DNA of 64,000 bases from Candidatus Gastranaerophilales bacterium. GTDB taxonomy: Bacteria > Cyanobacteriota > Vampirovibrionia > Gastranaerophilales > Gastranaerophilaceae. The position numbers were made by a program, and so were the translations under genes. This document shows, in pieces, positions 9,711 through 19,707 of this stretch (positions are counted from its first letter, which is position 1; the number at the start of each line of letters is the position of its first letter). The notes under the pieces were generated by a model. It saw nothing but the letters and a program-made list of their open reading frames with translations. It ran no database searches and had not been told where the DNA came from. The stretch covers positions 9,979 through 73,978 of the forward strand of contig JAFQHZ010000009.1 in assembly GCA_017415185.1 (NCBI GenBank). The letters run 5' to 3'.

Positions 9711-9980
9711 TTAAATATTCATATCAAATTGTCGTTTTACTTCTCCAGCTCTGAGATTCATTCCGACAATCATTGCTTGACGGGAATACATATTTATTTC
9801 TCGTTCAACACTTCCATCAAACACATTTTCATATTCAGCCACATAGCTTGTCATAGAATCAATGAAGTCGCCAACGTTTTTTGTTATATCAACGTTAGAT
9901 TTAGGAGCTTGCTTAGTTTGCGCACCTTGAGAAGAAACGTTTAAACCAAATCTTGAATTTAAGCTGTAATTTTCAGCCAT
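9711..9980 (-). CDS. hypothetical protein (89 aa)
   Basis: An ORF with an AGGAG-like RBS (aaaggagcaaaaaATG on the minus strand) and a downstream terminator. I recognise no family. Confidence 0.4.
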   Translation of the reverse strand: MAENYSLNSRFGLNVSSQGAQTKQAPKSNVDITKNVGDFIDSMTSYVAEYENVFDGSVEREINMYSRQAMIVGMNLRAGEVKRQFDMNI

Positions 9981-10139
9981 TTTTTGCTCCTTTATTGTTC
10001 GACCTTATATTTTTTATTACGACAAAAGGATATTTTTTCTTTAATGATTTAAACGATTTTGTAAACAAACTTTACAAAAATATTAATCAAATTAAAAGAG
10101 GATTCCTTTTGAAGATAAAAAAGATAAGATAAAAGGGAT

Positions 10140-10724
10140 ATGAAACTGTTTTTCAAAAAAAATAAAGCTTTCACAATGGCAGAAACAATTGCTGCTTTGT
10201 GTATTGTTGCCGTAATTGCAACTTTTACCGTATGCAGCACGATTAATTCTGGCAAAATGGAAGAGCAAAACATAAGAGCAACAAGCCGAATCGTTTCAGC
10301 AGAAATCGAAACCGCATATCAAGACATTTTGCTCTATCAAACAAATGGTTTCAATATAACAAGAATGAAAAACGTAGACGATTTTGAAGAAGAAGCAAGC
10401 CAAAGTTTAAAAGATAATTTCATTCAATATATGAGCTTAAGCAATGAATCTTGCAATTCTTTCCCATCAACAACTGATACAAGAAGATATCTTACAGGTA
10501 TGTCGCAGTGTGCATATTCAGACAAAAAATATGTCCTAGGATTTATGCTTGAAGATGAAGAATGTAACAGCGCATACGACGTTAAAGACTATTTGCAAGA
10601 CGACACAAATACAAGAATCGCCCAAGACGCCTGCGGCTATGTAATTTTCGCTCCTAAACGCTCAAAAGGCATTATCGGAAGGGATTTCTTCATTATGGCA
10701 CTTGGCAGAAAAGGAATTCGCTAG
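10140..10724 (+). CDS. prepilin-type N-terminal cleavage/methylation domain protein (pseudopilin-like)
   Basis: The N-terminus KKNKAFTMAETIAALCIVAVIATF matches the type IV prepilin leader pattern: a basic leader, then F-T-[LM]-x-E, then a hydrophobic helix. Confidence 0.6.
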   Translation: MKLFFKKNKAFTMAETIAALCIVAVIATFTVCSTINSGKMEEQNIRATSRIVSAEIETAYQDILLYQTNGFNITRMKNVDDFEEEASQSLKDNFIQYMSLSNESCNSFPSTTDTRRYLTGMSQCAYSDKKYVLGFMLEDEECNSAYDVKDYLQDDTNTRIAQDACGYVIFAPKRSKGIIGRDFFIMALGRKGIR

Positions 10725-11632
10725 ATTTTCTTCAAATAATATAAATCAACATCGACATCTCTAAAATTATCCATTTCAATTCTTGATAATCCAAGAGAAA
10801 TAAACTCAAATTGCGTTCCTCTCATTGATTTATATTTGTCAATAAGCTTATCAAGCGCAATGACTTTATTAACATAGTTCAAGCCATTAACTTTATGCAA
10901 TACTTTTTCAATATATTCAAAGTTATTGTTGTCATTTCCGCAACCAAAAGAAACTAAAAGCTCTGTTTTAATTGATTTTTGATTATCTAATTCAACAAAA
11001 ATTTTATACATTTTTGAAATATCCAAAATGAATGGGTCAAAAATTAAAAAATCAGTCGAAATAAAGAAAACTTTATCTGTCAATTTAAACTTAACATTTG
11101 GATATTTAGCGCCCAATTTTTTAACGAGCATTTTCATATATCCAGCTTTAAGCTTCTTCAAATCTTCATCAGGGGCTTTGCAAGCATCCATGTATTTCAA
11201 TCTTAGTTCAAATAAACCAAAAAAATGTGTCAATTTGCTTGTAGTATCAACGGGCTTTGTAGCTTTAATTTGAGCAATATCTTTCTTTTTAACTTCAACT
11301 ATGCCTTGAGTATTTTCTTTCATCATTCTATAATCGGCAGCTTTTGTCTGTATTTTCATGACAAAATACATTGAAAGAATAACCAAAGCAGCAGAATAAA
11401 TATAACCCATAGGCACTTCCATACCCATCAAATCAGTTTGTCGAGCAAACAAACCATCAATTATTTTTGGCAAAAAGCCAATCATCCCATCAAGAACATA
11501 AAAAATTGGGTCTTCAAAAACCCTCATCAACCAACCAACGAGGTATGCAAAGCCTAAAAATGGACATATTGTCTTCCAAATTAAGCAAAGATATATTATG
11601 AAGTTTAATGTCTTAATGCTGCACTTTTTCAT
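10721..11632 (-). CDS. hypothetical membrane protein
   Basis: It has about 3 predicted N-terminal TM helices and then a soluble domain. Its start overlaps the panC stop (ATGA), so it is probably co-transcribed with panBC. Confidence 0.5.
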   Translation of the reverse strand: MKKCSIKTLNFIIYLCLIWKTICPFLGFAYLVGWLMRVFEDPIFYVLDGMIGFLPKIIDGLFARQTDLMGMEVPMGYIYSAALVILSMYFVMKIQTKAADYRMMKENTQGIVEVKKKDIAQIKATKPVDTTSKLTHFFGLFELRLKYMDACKAPDEDLKKLKAGYMKMLVKKLGAKYPNVKFKLTDKVFFISTDFLIFDPFILDISKMYKIFVELDNQKSIKTELLVSFGCGNDNNNFEYIEKVLHKVNGLNYVNKVIALDKLIDKYKSMRGTQFEFISLGLSRIEMDNFRDVDVDLYYLKKI

Positions 11633-12495
11633 AGATTTATGTTATCGATTAGTCTTGTATTGCTTTCTTTAACCCTTGCTGCTATGAGCATAATAGTATT
11701 CTCGTCAATTTCTTCTTGAAATTCGAAAGTGTTTTTATCAACAAATTCAATATATTCCACATCCAACTCTTCCATTATTTTCAAAGAATTGTCTATGATT
11801 ACTCTCGTTTGTTTAATTCCACGTTCAACCATTTCTTTAGCATTAAATAATGCTTTTGAAATTGATAATCCATCTTTTCTATCGCTTGGAGTTAGATATT
11901 GATTTCTGCTTGATAAAGCAAGGTTATCGGCCTCTCGAACAATTGGACAAGGAACAATTTCAATATCAAAATTCAAATCACGAACCATTTTTTGAATAAT
12001 AAACAATTGTTGTGCGTCTTTTTGTCCAAAATATGCCTTATTTGCTTTGGTTAAATTAAACAATTTGGCAACAACCGAGCAAACTCCATCAAAATGCCCA
12101 GGGCGAGATTTCCCACATAATTTATCCACAACACCATAAGGAGGACAAATCAAAGTCAAATTATTTTTGTTTTCCCCATACATTTCAGAAACTTTAGGCG
12201 CAAAAACAATTTTAACTCCTGCATTTTCGCATAATTTTGAATCGAGCTCCAATTGGCGAGGATACTTGTCTAAATCTTCGTTTGCGCCAAACTGAATTGG
12301 ATTAACAAAAATTGAAACAACAACATTTTCATTTTCGCTAACCGCTTTATCAATTAAAGATTTATGACCATCATGTAAAGCGCCCATCGTTGGAACAAGC
12401 CCAATCGAACCTTGCAATTGAGCGATTTCTTTTTTTAATTCAGAAATGTTATCTATAATTTTCAAGTTTTTCAATCTCCTCGTTTTCAAGAACAA
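11629..12495 (-). CDS. panC: pantoate--beta-alanine ligase
   Basis: It has the PTMGALHDGH (HIGH-like) signature and family-wide similarity. The exact start is uncertain because the track start overlaps panB by 47 nt. Confidence 0.9.
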   Translation of the reverse strand: MFLKTRRLKNLKIIDNISELKKEIAQLQGSIGLVPTMGALHDGHKSLIDKAVSENENVVVSIFVNPIQFGANEDLDKYPRQLELDSKLCENAGVKIVFAPKVSEMYGENKNNLTLICPPYGVVDKLCGKSRPGHFDGVCSVVAKLFNLTKANKAYFGQKDAQQLFIIQKMVRDLNFDIEIVPCPIVREADNLALSSRNQYLTPSDRKDGLSISKALFNAKEMVERGIKQTRVIIDNSLKIMEELDVEYIEFVDKNTFEFQEEIDENTIMLIAARVKESNTRLIDNINL

Positions 12496-13285
12496 ATGAT
12501 TCTTTTATGCTTGGGAAAACCCCATTTTCAACGTCAGAAACATAAGCTTTTGCAACATTGAAAATAATATCTTTTAAGCTTGAATATTGACGTGCAAATT
12601 TTGGTTTAAATCTATCATATTTTCCTAATAAATCATCAGAAACCAAAACTTGTCCATCGCAAAATTTTCCGCCTCCAATTCCAATTGTTGGAATTCTTAG
12701 TCTTTGAGTAATAAATTGGCTAGATTGCAAAGGCAAAAGCTCCAATACAACAGCAAAACACCCAGCGCTTTGCAATCTTAAGGCTTCTTTTAAAATGTCG
12801 ATTGTTCTATCGGCGTCTTTTCCTTGAACTTTATGACCGCCAATTGAATTAATGCTCATCGGAGTAAAGCCCAAATGTCCCATTACAGGAATTCCATTTT
12901 GAACAAGATGTTTAATATTGTCAATTACAAAATCAGAACAACCTTCCATTTTCACTGCATTTGCGCCTGCTTTAATAAATTCGCAAGCATTTTTCATTGT
13001 CTGAGCTTTATCAACCTGAAAACTCATAAAAGGCATATCCGCAATGACAAGAGCCGATTCAACCGCGCGAGAAACAGCACGCACAAACACAAGCATTTCA
13101 TCCATTCCAACATCAGTTGTGTTTTCGTATCCAAGGGCAACTTGCGCCAAAGAATCGCCAACAAGAATCATATCAACGCCTGCTTGGTCTAGATATTTAG
13201 CGGTAGAAAAATCATAGGCAGTCAAGACCGTAATTTTCTTGCCCTCTTTTTTGAAATTTTGTATTTTTTGAATACTTTTTCTCAT
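12449..13285 (-). CDS. panB: 3-methyl-2-oxobutanoate hydroxymethyltransferase
   Basis: The sequence LTAYD...GVDMILVGDSLAQVALGYENT is typical of PanB. It lies immediately upstream of panC. Confidence 0.9.
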   Translation of the reverse strand: MRKSIQKIQNFKKEGKKITVLTAYDFSTAKYLDQAGVDMILVGDSLAQVALGYENTTDVGMDEMLVFVRAVSRAVESALVIADMPFMSFQVDKAQTMKNACEFIKAGANAVKMEGCSDFVIDNIKHLVQNGIPVMGHLGFTPMSINSIGGHKVQGKDADRTIDILKEALRLQSAGCFAVVLELLPLQSSQFITQRLRIPTIGIGGGKFCDGQVLVSDDLLGKYDRFKPKFARQYSSLKDIIFNVAKAYVSDVENGVFPSIKESFVLENEEIEKLENYR

Positions 13286-13325
13286 CTACCCTAAAATTTA
13301 TCCAAAATTAATATAATACTTTTAA

Positions 13326-14666
13326 TTATTTAGCCTTGCTAACTCTTTTATACCAATAATATATTGCCTTTGCAACTTTGTCACAGTTGTGTCGAACATA
13401 TCCTTGCTTATTGTCTTCAAGAAGTCCACGCTCAACAACTTCAACTCCTAATCTTCTAAGTTCAGTTATATCAATATCAACAGGCAAAGAGCCAGCTTGC
13501 TCATATTTTTCAGCCAAATTAGCAGGCAAAGAATTATTAACCAAAACCGCATCAAAGAAATTCTTTTCGCTATCGTCAATGTCTTCAAGTCTTACATGGT
13601 CAAAAATTGTTTTAACATGGTCAGAAACAGAATAATTATCAGTTTCGCCAACTTGAGTCATTGCGTTGCAAACATAAATTTTCTTTGCTTTAGCTTGCCA
13701 AAGCGCACGAGTGATATCTTTTACTAAAAAGTTTGAAATTATTGATGTATAAAGACTTCCTGGACCCATAATAATTAAATCAGCATCCAATATCGCTTCA
13801 ACAACATCTGGAGTTGGTTTACAATCCGAAGGTTCGCAACATAATTGCATGATTTTTTTGCCAGCTTCAGGAATGTTGCTTTCCCCTCTAACAATTGAAT
13901 TGTCTTCCATTCGAGCATAAAGCTTCATATCATCACAAGTCGCAGGTAATACTCTTCCTCTAATTAAAAGAACTTTTGATGATTCTTGAATTGCTTTAAC
14001 CATATTTCCGCAAATTGCAGTCATCGCCGTAATGAACAAATTTCCAAAGCTATGACCTTCCAAGCCTTCGCCTGTTTTAAAGCGATATTGAAATAATTTT
14101 GTAACGATATCGTCGTCATCGGCCAAAGCTGCAATGCAGTTTCTGATATCTCCAGGAGGCAAAACGCCCATTTGTTCTCTTAAACGACCAGACGAACCGC
14201 CATCGTCGCCAACAGTAACAATTGCCGTAATATTATTTGTTAATTTTTTAATTCCTCTTAAAAGCGTTGAAAGACCAGTTCCGCCGCCAATTGCAACAAT
14301 TTTTGGACCATGGTCTAATTTTCTTCTGCGGTATAAAACTTCTCCAATTGATTGTTTTAATCTTTGAGAATTTTCATCATCAGCGCCCATTATGGAAAAA
14401 TTTGTTTTCTTCCATGCCTGAACAAAAGCAATTCCACCCAAAATCACGCAAACAACGCCAACAGGCTCAGGCGGAACGATATGAATCAATTCTTTTGCAA
14501 ATTTAACAATATAATCCAAAGGTTCAAGTTTAAAAATAAAAGTTAAGCCCAAAAAAGCTAAAACAGAACCCATAATGCTAAGCGCAAACCAACGCTTTAC
14601 CCTTAAACCAGGAACAAGCCAAATTGCATCTTTTGGCATTTTTACTTTTTTATCAAAAATCTTCAT
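13326..14666 (-). CDS. YvcK/CofD-like (UPF0052, gluconeogenesis factor family) protein with N-terminal membrane anchor
   Basis: The core sequence IVAIGGGTGLSTLLRGIKK...ITAIVTVGDDGGSSGRLR is the YvcK/CofD signature. About 110 N-terminal residues contain two hydrophobic helices. Confidence 0.8.
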   Translation of the reverse strand: MKIFDKKVKMPKDAIWLVPGLRVKRWFALSIMGSVLAFLGLTFIFKLEPLDYIVKFAKELIHIVPPEPVGVVCVILGGIAFVQAWKKTNFSIMGADDENSQRLKQSIGEVLYRRRKLDHGPKIVAIGGGTGLSTLLRGIKKLTNNITAIVTVGDDGGSSGRLREQMGVLPPGDIRNCIAALADDDDIVTKLFQYRFKTGEGLEGHSFGNLFITAMTAICGNMVKAIQESSKVLLIRGRVLPATCDDMKLYARMEDNSIVRGESNIPEAGKKIMQLCCEPSDCKPTPDVVEAILDADLIIMGPGSLYTSIISNFLVKDITRALWQAKAKKIYVCNAMTQVGETDNYSVSDHVKTIFDHVRLEDIDDSEKNFFDAVLVNNSLPANLAEKYEQAGSLPVDIDITELRRLGVEVVERGLLEDNKQGYVRHNCDKVAKAIYYWYKRVSKAK

Positions 14667-14676
14667 TATATTGCCT

Positions 14677-15342
14677 TTATATTTGATTTTGCACTCTATT
14701 GTAATTAATTGGGGTAGGTTTCAAGATATCGTAAGCTCTTTTGATGTCTTCTAAAGATTTAAAATGAATTGTATCAGGCTTAACTTCAAGCTCTCTTATT
14801 TCTCGAAGCGAGCTTGTTTCGCTAAATTCTACTTCATAAGCAGCTTTTAAGCCATTTTTTTCAACAAATTCTTTAGCTTGCGGAGTTTGAACGATTAAAT
14901 TTAACCAAGGACAAACTTTTTTAATTGATTCAACAGCAACCAACAAGCCCTCTTGCGATTGCATTAAATATTCTTTAAAAGCGCCATGACATCTAACATG
15001 TTCAACTTCTAAATCAAAAGTTTTTGCATAAGCAACGATTGCGCTAATTTGATAAATTATTAAAGCTTCCAATTCTTCATTATCAAGGTTCATTTGCCTT
15101 TTGCCGAAACCTTGAATATCGGGATAGCCAATATGAACCCCAAGAGCAATATTATTTTCACTTGCAAATTTTAATGCCTTTGAAATTGTCATAGGATCTC
15201 CTGCATGAAAACCTGCTGAAATATTGATTGAACTTGCAAATTTTGCAATTTCCAATTCGCTCTCGTTTTTATATACTCCATAGCTTTGCGCTACATCACA
15301 ATTAAAATCAAACAATTTATACTCTCCGATATCTGAGGACAT
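14677..15342 (-). CDS. LamB/YcsF family protein (5-oxoprolinase subunit A-like)
   Basis: It has DFNCD... at the N-terminus, then ISAGFHAGDP and GVHIGYPDIQGFGKRQM, which match the LamB/YcsF signatures. No pxpB or pxpC neighbours are present. Confidence 0.75.
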   Translation of the reverse strand: MSSDIGEYKLFDFNCDVAQSYGVYKNESELEIAKFASSINISAGFHAGDPMTISKALKFASENNIALGVHIGYPDIQGFGKRQMNLDNEELEALIIYQISAIVAYAKTFDLEVEHVRCHGAFKEYLMQSQEGLLVAVESIKKVCPWLNLIVQTPQAKEFVEKNGLKAAYEVEFSETSSLREIRELEVKPDTIHFKSLEDIKRAYDILKPTPINYNRVQNQI

Positions 15343-15388
15343 ACCAATTTATAGCAAAATTATACAATGAAACATTGAAAATTAATAG

Positions 15389-16519
15389 CTAATTTTTAAA
15401 AGTTATCGCATCTGGATTAAGTGCTAACCATCTATAAGAATCTCCTTCAACTTCCGGCATTTCCATAATAAATATTCCACCCAATTTTCCCCTTTGGGAA
15501 ACCAAATGTCCACTTTGGAATAAATCGAATAATGCTCTTCGAATTGTATTTGGACTAACATTTAAAATTGTAGCAAGCTCTCTTATTGGGGCGATTTTGT
15601 CCCCTGCTTCATAATTTTCAACAATATATTTCTTTAAATGCGTTAGTGCTTTTTGCCAAGCATAGGTAAAATTTTGATTTGGAGTAATTTTTCTTCTTTC
15701 AGAACTTACAAAATCAAGCTTGGAGCTTTGGTTTCCGCCAATATATATTGTTCCGTATCTTCCTCTTCTTGAAAGCACAATCTTTTTAGCATTCAAAACT
15801 TTCATTGCGTCGTTGACTGTTTTAATGCTAACATCAAACATTCTTGAAAAAGAAGAATTCGGGAGTATTTTTTCTCCATTTTTATATGTTTTTTCAATAT
15901 ATTTTTGAATTTTTTCAACTAATTGATGAGTTAGAGTGAAATTTTCATCCACTAAGCCGTTTTGAATTTCAACATTTGACAAACTAAATTCTTTTTTATA
16001 AATCCAAGAATATTTATTTCCTTTTAAATGGACTTTTTCCAAATATCCTTTTTGCGCAAGGTTTACAAGCGCAAATCTAATTGTATTTTGTGAAATATTT
16101 GTTCTAAAGGCTAATTGAGCAATCGCAGGAATTGGTTTGCCAAGTTCAATTTTGTCATCCAAAACAATCTTTTTAATTTTGCATTCTGTAATTGTTGAAT
16201 GGCATAATTCATCCTGTGCTTTTATATCATTCGAATAAAAATCAGCAATACAAGTTCCCAAAGATTGCTTAGAAACAAAATATCCTAAATCTTTCGCTTG
16301 ACGAATTGAATTTTGAACCGTCGCAGGAGAAACATCTAGATATTTTGCTAATTCTTCTTTTGTTGGAATAAAATCGCCAATATCGGCAATGCCAATTTCA
16401 AGAGAATATTTTATCCAATTAATTAACCAATTGGTCACCAATTGACCTTTTGGCACTTTTTTTGAAGCATCAAAATCAGGTTTAGATATTTTTATATCAT
16501 CCAGAGTCAAATGTTTCAT
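15389..16519 (-). CDS. transcriptional regulator composed of four tandem GntR-type winged-HTH domains
   Basis: There are four repeats of the GntR-like pattern (P)s..eLA..l.VS..Tv..Al..L...G.l....g.G.f. They read ELAKYLDVSPATVQNSIRQAKDLGYFVSKQSLGT, QLAFRTNISQNTIRFALVNLAQKGYLEKVHLKG, FSRMFDVSIKTVNDAMKVLNAKKIVLSRRGRYGT and ELATILNVSPNTIRRALFDLFQSGHLVSQRGKLGG. Confidence 0.65.
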   Translation of the reverse strand: MKHLTLDDIKISKPDFDASKKVPKGQLVTNWLINWIKYSLEIGIADIGDFIPTKEELAKYLDVSPATVQNSIRQAKDLGYFVSKQSLGTCIADFYSNDIKAQDELCHSTITECKIKKIVLDDKIELGKPIPAIAQLAFRTNISQNTIRFALVNLAQKGYLEKVHLKGNKYSWIYKKEFSLSNVEIQNGLVDENFTLTHQLVEKIQKYIEKTYKNGEKILPNSSFSRMFDVSIKTVNDAMKVLNAKKIVLSRRGRYGTIYIGGNQSSKLDFVSSERRKITPNQNFTYAWQKALTHLKKYIVENYEAGDKIAPIRELATILNVSPNTIRRALFDLFQSGHLVSQRGKLGGIFIMEMPEVEGDSYRWLALNPDAITFKN

Positions 16520-16641
16520 AAAGACATTAAACCATATTTTTTGCTTATTGTGTGCTATATTTTATTTTTTGTTAAGTTTTGTTTTGTTAAAAAATTTTCT
16601 CTTAGTGCTAACTTTGCTATAATTTTAATTAAGGAGGAGTA

Positions 16642-17262
16642 ATGGACACAGGGAAAAAAGGCTTATTTATAACGTTTGAAGGCGCTGATGGTTGCGGAAA
16701 AACAACTCAAATTAATTTATTGAATGAATATTTAAAAAATAAAAATTTTGAAACAATAATAACTCTTGAACCAGGAGGTTCAGATATCGGAAAACAACTT
16801 CGTCAAATTTTATTACACCACGATGGCTTTGTTTCCAAAAGAGCAGAAGTTTTTATGTATTTAGCCGATAGAGCGCAACATGTTGATGCTGTTATTAAAA
16901 AAGGCGTTGAAGAAAATAAAGTTGTTTTATGCGACAGACACATTGACTCTTCTGTTGCCTACCAAGGCTATGCTCGAGGAGGGGATATTGAACAAATTAA
17001 CCTTTTAAACGAACTAGCAACAGGAGGCTATAAGCCCGATTTAACTTTTGTTTTCGATGTTGATTCAACTATCGCCCAACAAAGAGTAGGCGAAACAAAA
17101 GACAGACTAGAAAAAGAAGGTCTTGAATTTCATAAAAAAGTAAGATTTGGGTATTTAGAATTAGCAAAAAAATATCCACAAAGGATAAAAGTAATCGACG
17201 CAAACAAAACAATAGAAAAAGTTTTTGAACAAGTTAAAAAAATAATTGACGAAATTTTATGA
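16642..17262 (+). CDS. tmk: thymidylate kinase
   Basis: It has the P-loop FITFEGADGCGKTTQ and a DR(H/Y) motif. It is 206 aa and has an AGGAGGAG RBS. Confidence 0.9.
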   Translation: MDTGKKGLFITFEGADGCGKTTQINLLNEYLKNKNFETIITLEPGGSDIGKQLRQILLHHDGFVSKRAEVFMYLADRAQHVDAVIKKGVEENKVVLCDRHIDSSVAYQGYARGGDIEQINLLNELATGGYKPDLTFVFDVDSTIAQQRVGETKDRLEKEGLEFHKKVRFGYLELAKKYPQRIKVIDANKTIEKVFEQVKKIIDEIL

Positions 17263-18962
17263 ATCAAAAAACGAAAAAACTTTTAATATCATTTTTCTTC
17301 GTTGGCTTTTTGCAAAATTCGCTCAGCGCAAGCTTATTGTGGGATATTAATTTTGGAATAAACCAATATCGCAAAAATAATCTTGAAATTGCAAAAAACT
17401 ATTTTATTGATTACATAAAAAGTAATCCGAACGATGAAGATGGCTATTATTGGCTTGCAAAAACGTATTTTGATTTAAAAGATAATGAAAATGCCAACGT
17501 AAATTTCAAAAAAGCGCACGAACTTTCTTTAAAAGAAAAAAATATTGAAAAAATAGACTTCAATGTCAATACATCATCAAATATTGAAGATTATTTTGAT
17601 ATAGCGGCAATGTATTTTGAATCGGGAGATTTAAAAGAAGCAAACACTTATGCCGATTTAATGCTTAAAATCAATCCAAAATCTCCAAGCGCATATTTCA
17701 TAAAAGCTAAAATTGCGCAAATCGAAGGCAAAACCCAAGAAGCAACAGAATTCATCAATCAAGCAATCATTTTTAATAACAAACTTATTAAAACAAACTT
17801 GGCAAAAAGCCTGAATATCAAACAATTGCCCGAAATGACTCTTGAAATGTATGAAATTTTTGCGCTTGAAGCATATTTTTCAAACGATATTGCATCGGCG
17901 ATTAGATATTGTCGAAAATATTTAAACATTAATTCCTCAAACATTGATATTTCAAATATGCTCATTGATTTATACATTAAAAACAACGAGCTAACTCTTG
18001 CGCAAAACTTAATCGAAGACGTTTTAGCTTATTCAAGCAACATTCAAACTCTTTTATATAGAGCAAAAATCTATGAAATAAAAAATGACGAAAGACTTGA
18101 AAGCACGCTATTAAGCGCATATAGAATCAATCCAAATAATTCAAATGTTTTATTAGAACTGGGAAATTATTATTTAAGAAACAAAGACTATTTCAAAGCA
18201 AAAAAATATTTTGAAATTTTAACAACAGTCAACGACAGCCTAGCAGAAGGCTTTTTTGGATACATTTATTCACTTTTAGAAACCAATGAAATCCAAAACG
18301 CTATGAATTTAGTTAGAAAATTCATTTTCTTAAATCCGCAAACAAGCGAAGGCGAATTTCTTTTAAGCAAAATTTGCAACAAAAAAGGAGAAAAAAAGGA
18401 AGCATTAAGCTATATCACTTCTGCAATCGAAAAAGCCGACAACCCACAATATTACTTAGAAAGAGCTAAAATAAATTACGATTTAAAAAATTACGAAGAA
18501 TCAATTGAAGATTTGAAAATTATTTTAAAATTAACAAATTTAAATTCAACAACAGAAGAAACACAAAATTTATTAATTAAAAATTATCTTAAAATCGGAG
18601 ATTTTATGAATGCTCAAATGCTTTTAAACAAAAAAACAGCACTTGACAAAAACAGAATTATATATAAATATAATTTATATATCTTATACAAATTACAAGG
18701 CAATGATACTATGGCATTGACCTTCTTAGAAGAAATTAAAAAAACCAAGCCTGAAACCATTCAAGATTATCTTGATTTGTCAGAACTTTATTATGAGCAA
18801 AGCGAAATTAATAAAGCACTTAAATATCTCAACAAAGGTATTAAAAAATATCCAAACAGCAATCAGTTATATTTGCAAAAAATTAATCTTTTAACCAGCT
18901 TAAAACGATTAAACGAAGCTCAGGAAACTTTGGATAAAATAAACAAAATCAACAATAATTAG
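17259..18962 (+). CDS. tetratricopeptide-repeat protein with signal peptide
   Basis: It has an N-terminal hydrophobic signal-like segment and many 34-aa TPR-like units (A..Y...L..NP.......LA..Y). Its start overlaps the tmk stop (ATGA). Confidence 0.7.
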   Translation: MNQKTKKLLISFFFVGFLQNSLSASLLWDINFGINQYRKNNLEIAKNYFIDYIKSNPNDEDGYYWLAKTYFDLKDNENANVNFKKAHELSLKEKNIEKIDFNVNTSSNIEDYFDIAAMYFESGDLKEANTYADLMLKINPKSPSAYFIKAKIAQIEGKTQEATEFINQAIIFNNKLIKTNLAKSLNIKQLPEMTLEMYEIFALEAYFSNDIASAIRYCRKYLNINSSNIDISNMLIDLYIKNNELTLAQNLIEDVLAYSSNIQTLLYRAKIYEIKNDERLESTLLSAYRINPNNSNVLLELGNYYLRNKDYFKAKKYFEILTTVNDSLAEGFFGYIYSLLETNEIQNAMNLVRKFIFLNPQTSEGEFLLSKICNKKGEKKEALSYITSAIEKADNPQYYLERAKINYDLKNYEESIEDLKIILKLTNLNSTTEETQNLLIKNYLKIGDFMNAQMLLNKKTALDKNRIIYKYNLYILYKLQGNDTMALTFLEEIKKTKPETIQDYLDLSELYYEQSEINKALKYLNKGIKKYPNSNQLYLQKINLLTSLKRLNEAQETLDKINKINNN

Positions 18963-19038
18963 CCACTCAGGTAATATACAAAAAGGCGTGCCATACTTTA
19001 TCATAAACCTATGGATAAGTAGAAACGAGCTATTAAGT

Positions 19039-19701
19039 ATGAAACCTATTAAATTGTATGTTGTTGATGATTATTTATTAACAAGAATTGCTCATCGCAG
19101 AGATTTTGCGCAAGACAAAGAAATTAAAATTCTGGAGGATTTTGGAAACGCACAAGATTGCATTAAAAGAATGGAAAAAGCCCCAGCAGACGTTGTTTTA
19201 ATGGAAATAGAACTTCCCAAAATGAATGGTTTAGAAGCAACAAAAATAATTAAAGAAAAATATCCTCAAACAAAAGTAATAATCTATACTTCATACAAAA
19301 ATGGCGATAAAATATTAGCTTCCCTTGCATGCGGCGCTTGCGGTTATGTTTTAAAAAATAATTTAAGCACAAATTTGAAAAATATTATCAAAATGGTTAC
19401 AAGAGGGGAATTTTGTATGGATTTAGATATTGCAAAATTAGCTTTTTCTTCAATGCCGCTTCCCAACATTAACGATTTAGAAAATTTATATGAAACCAAA
19501 AAAATACAAAACAATTTAACAGCAAGGGAACTTGAAGTTTTAAAGCTTTTAATTGATGGAAAAACAAATTCGCAAATCGCACAAGAAATAATCGTTTCGA
19601 TAAATACCGCAAAAGCGCACGTTGGAAATATTTTAACCAAATTATCCGTAACAGACAGAGTCCAAGCAGCAGTAAAAGCAGTAAGAGCAAATATGTTTTA
19701 G
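19039..19701 (+). CDS. NarL/LuxR-family response regulator, atypical (Glu at phospho-acceptor position)
   Basis: The receiver domain (KLYVVDD..., conserved T/S and K present) is followed by a LuxR-type HTH (LTARELEVLKLLIDGKTNSQIAQEIIVSINTAKAHVGNILTKL). The motif DVVLMEIELPKMNGLE aligns with the canonical D..L.D..MP.M.G.E, so Asp is replaced by Glu. The start is moved to ATG 19039. Confidence 0.85.
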   Translation: MKPIKLYVVDDYLLTRIAHRRDFAQDKEIKILEDFGNAQDCIKRMEKAPADVVLMEIELPKMNGLEATKIIKEKYPQTKVIIYTSYKNGDKILASLACGACGYVLKNNLSTNLKNIIKMVTRGEFCMDLDIAKLAFSSMPLPNINDLENLYETKKIQNNLTARELEVLKLLIDGKTNSQIAQEIIVSINTAKAHVGNILTKLSVTDRVQAAVKAVRANMF

Positions 19702-19707
19702 GTTGTT

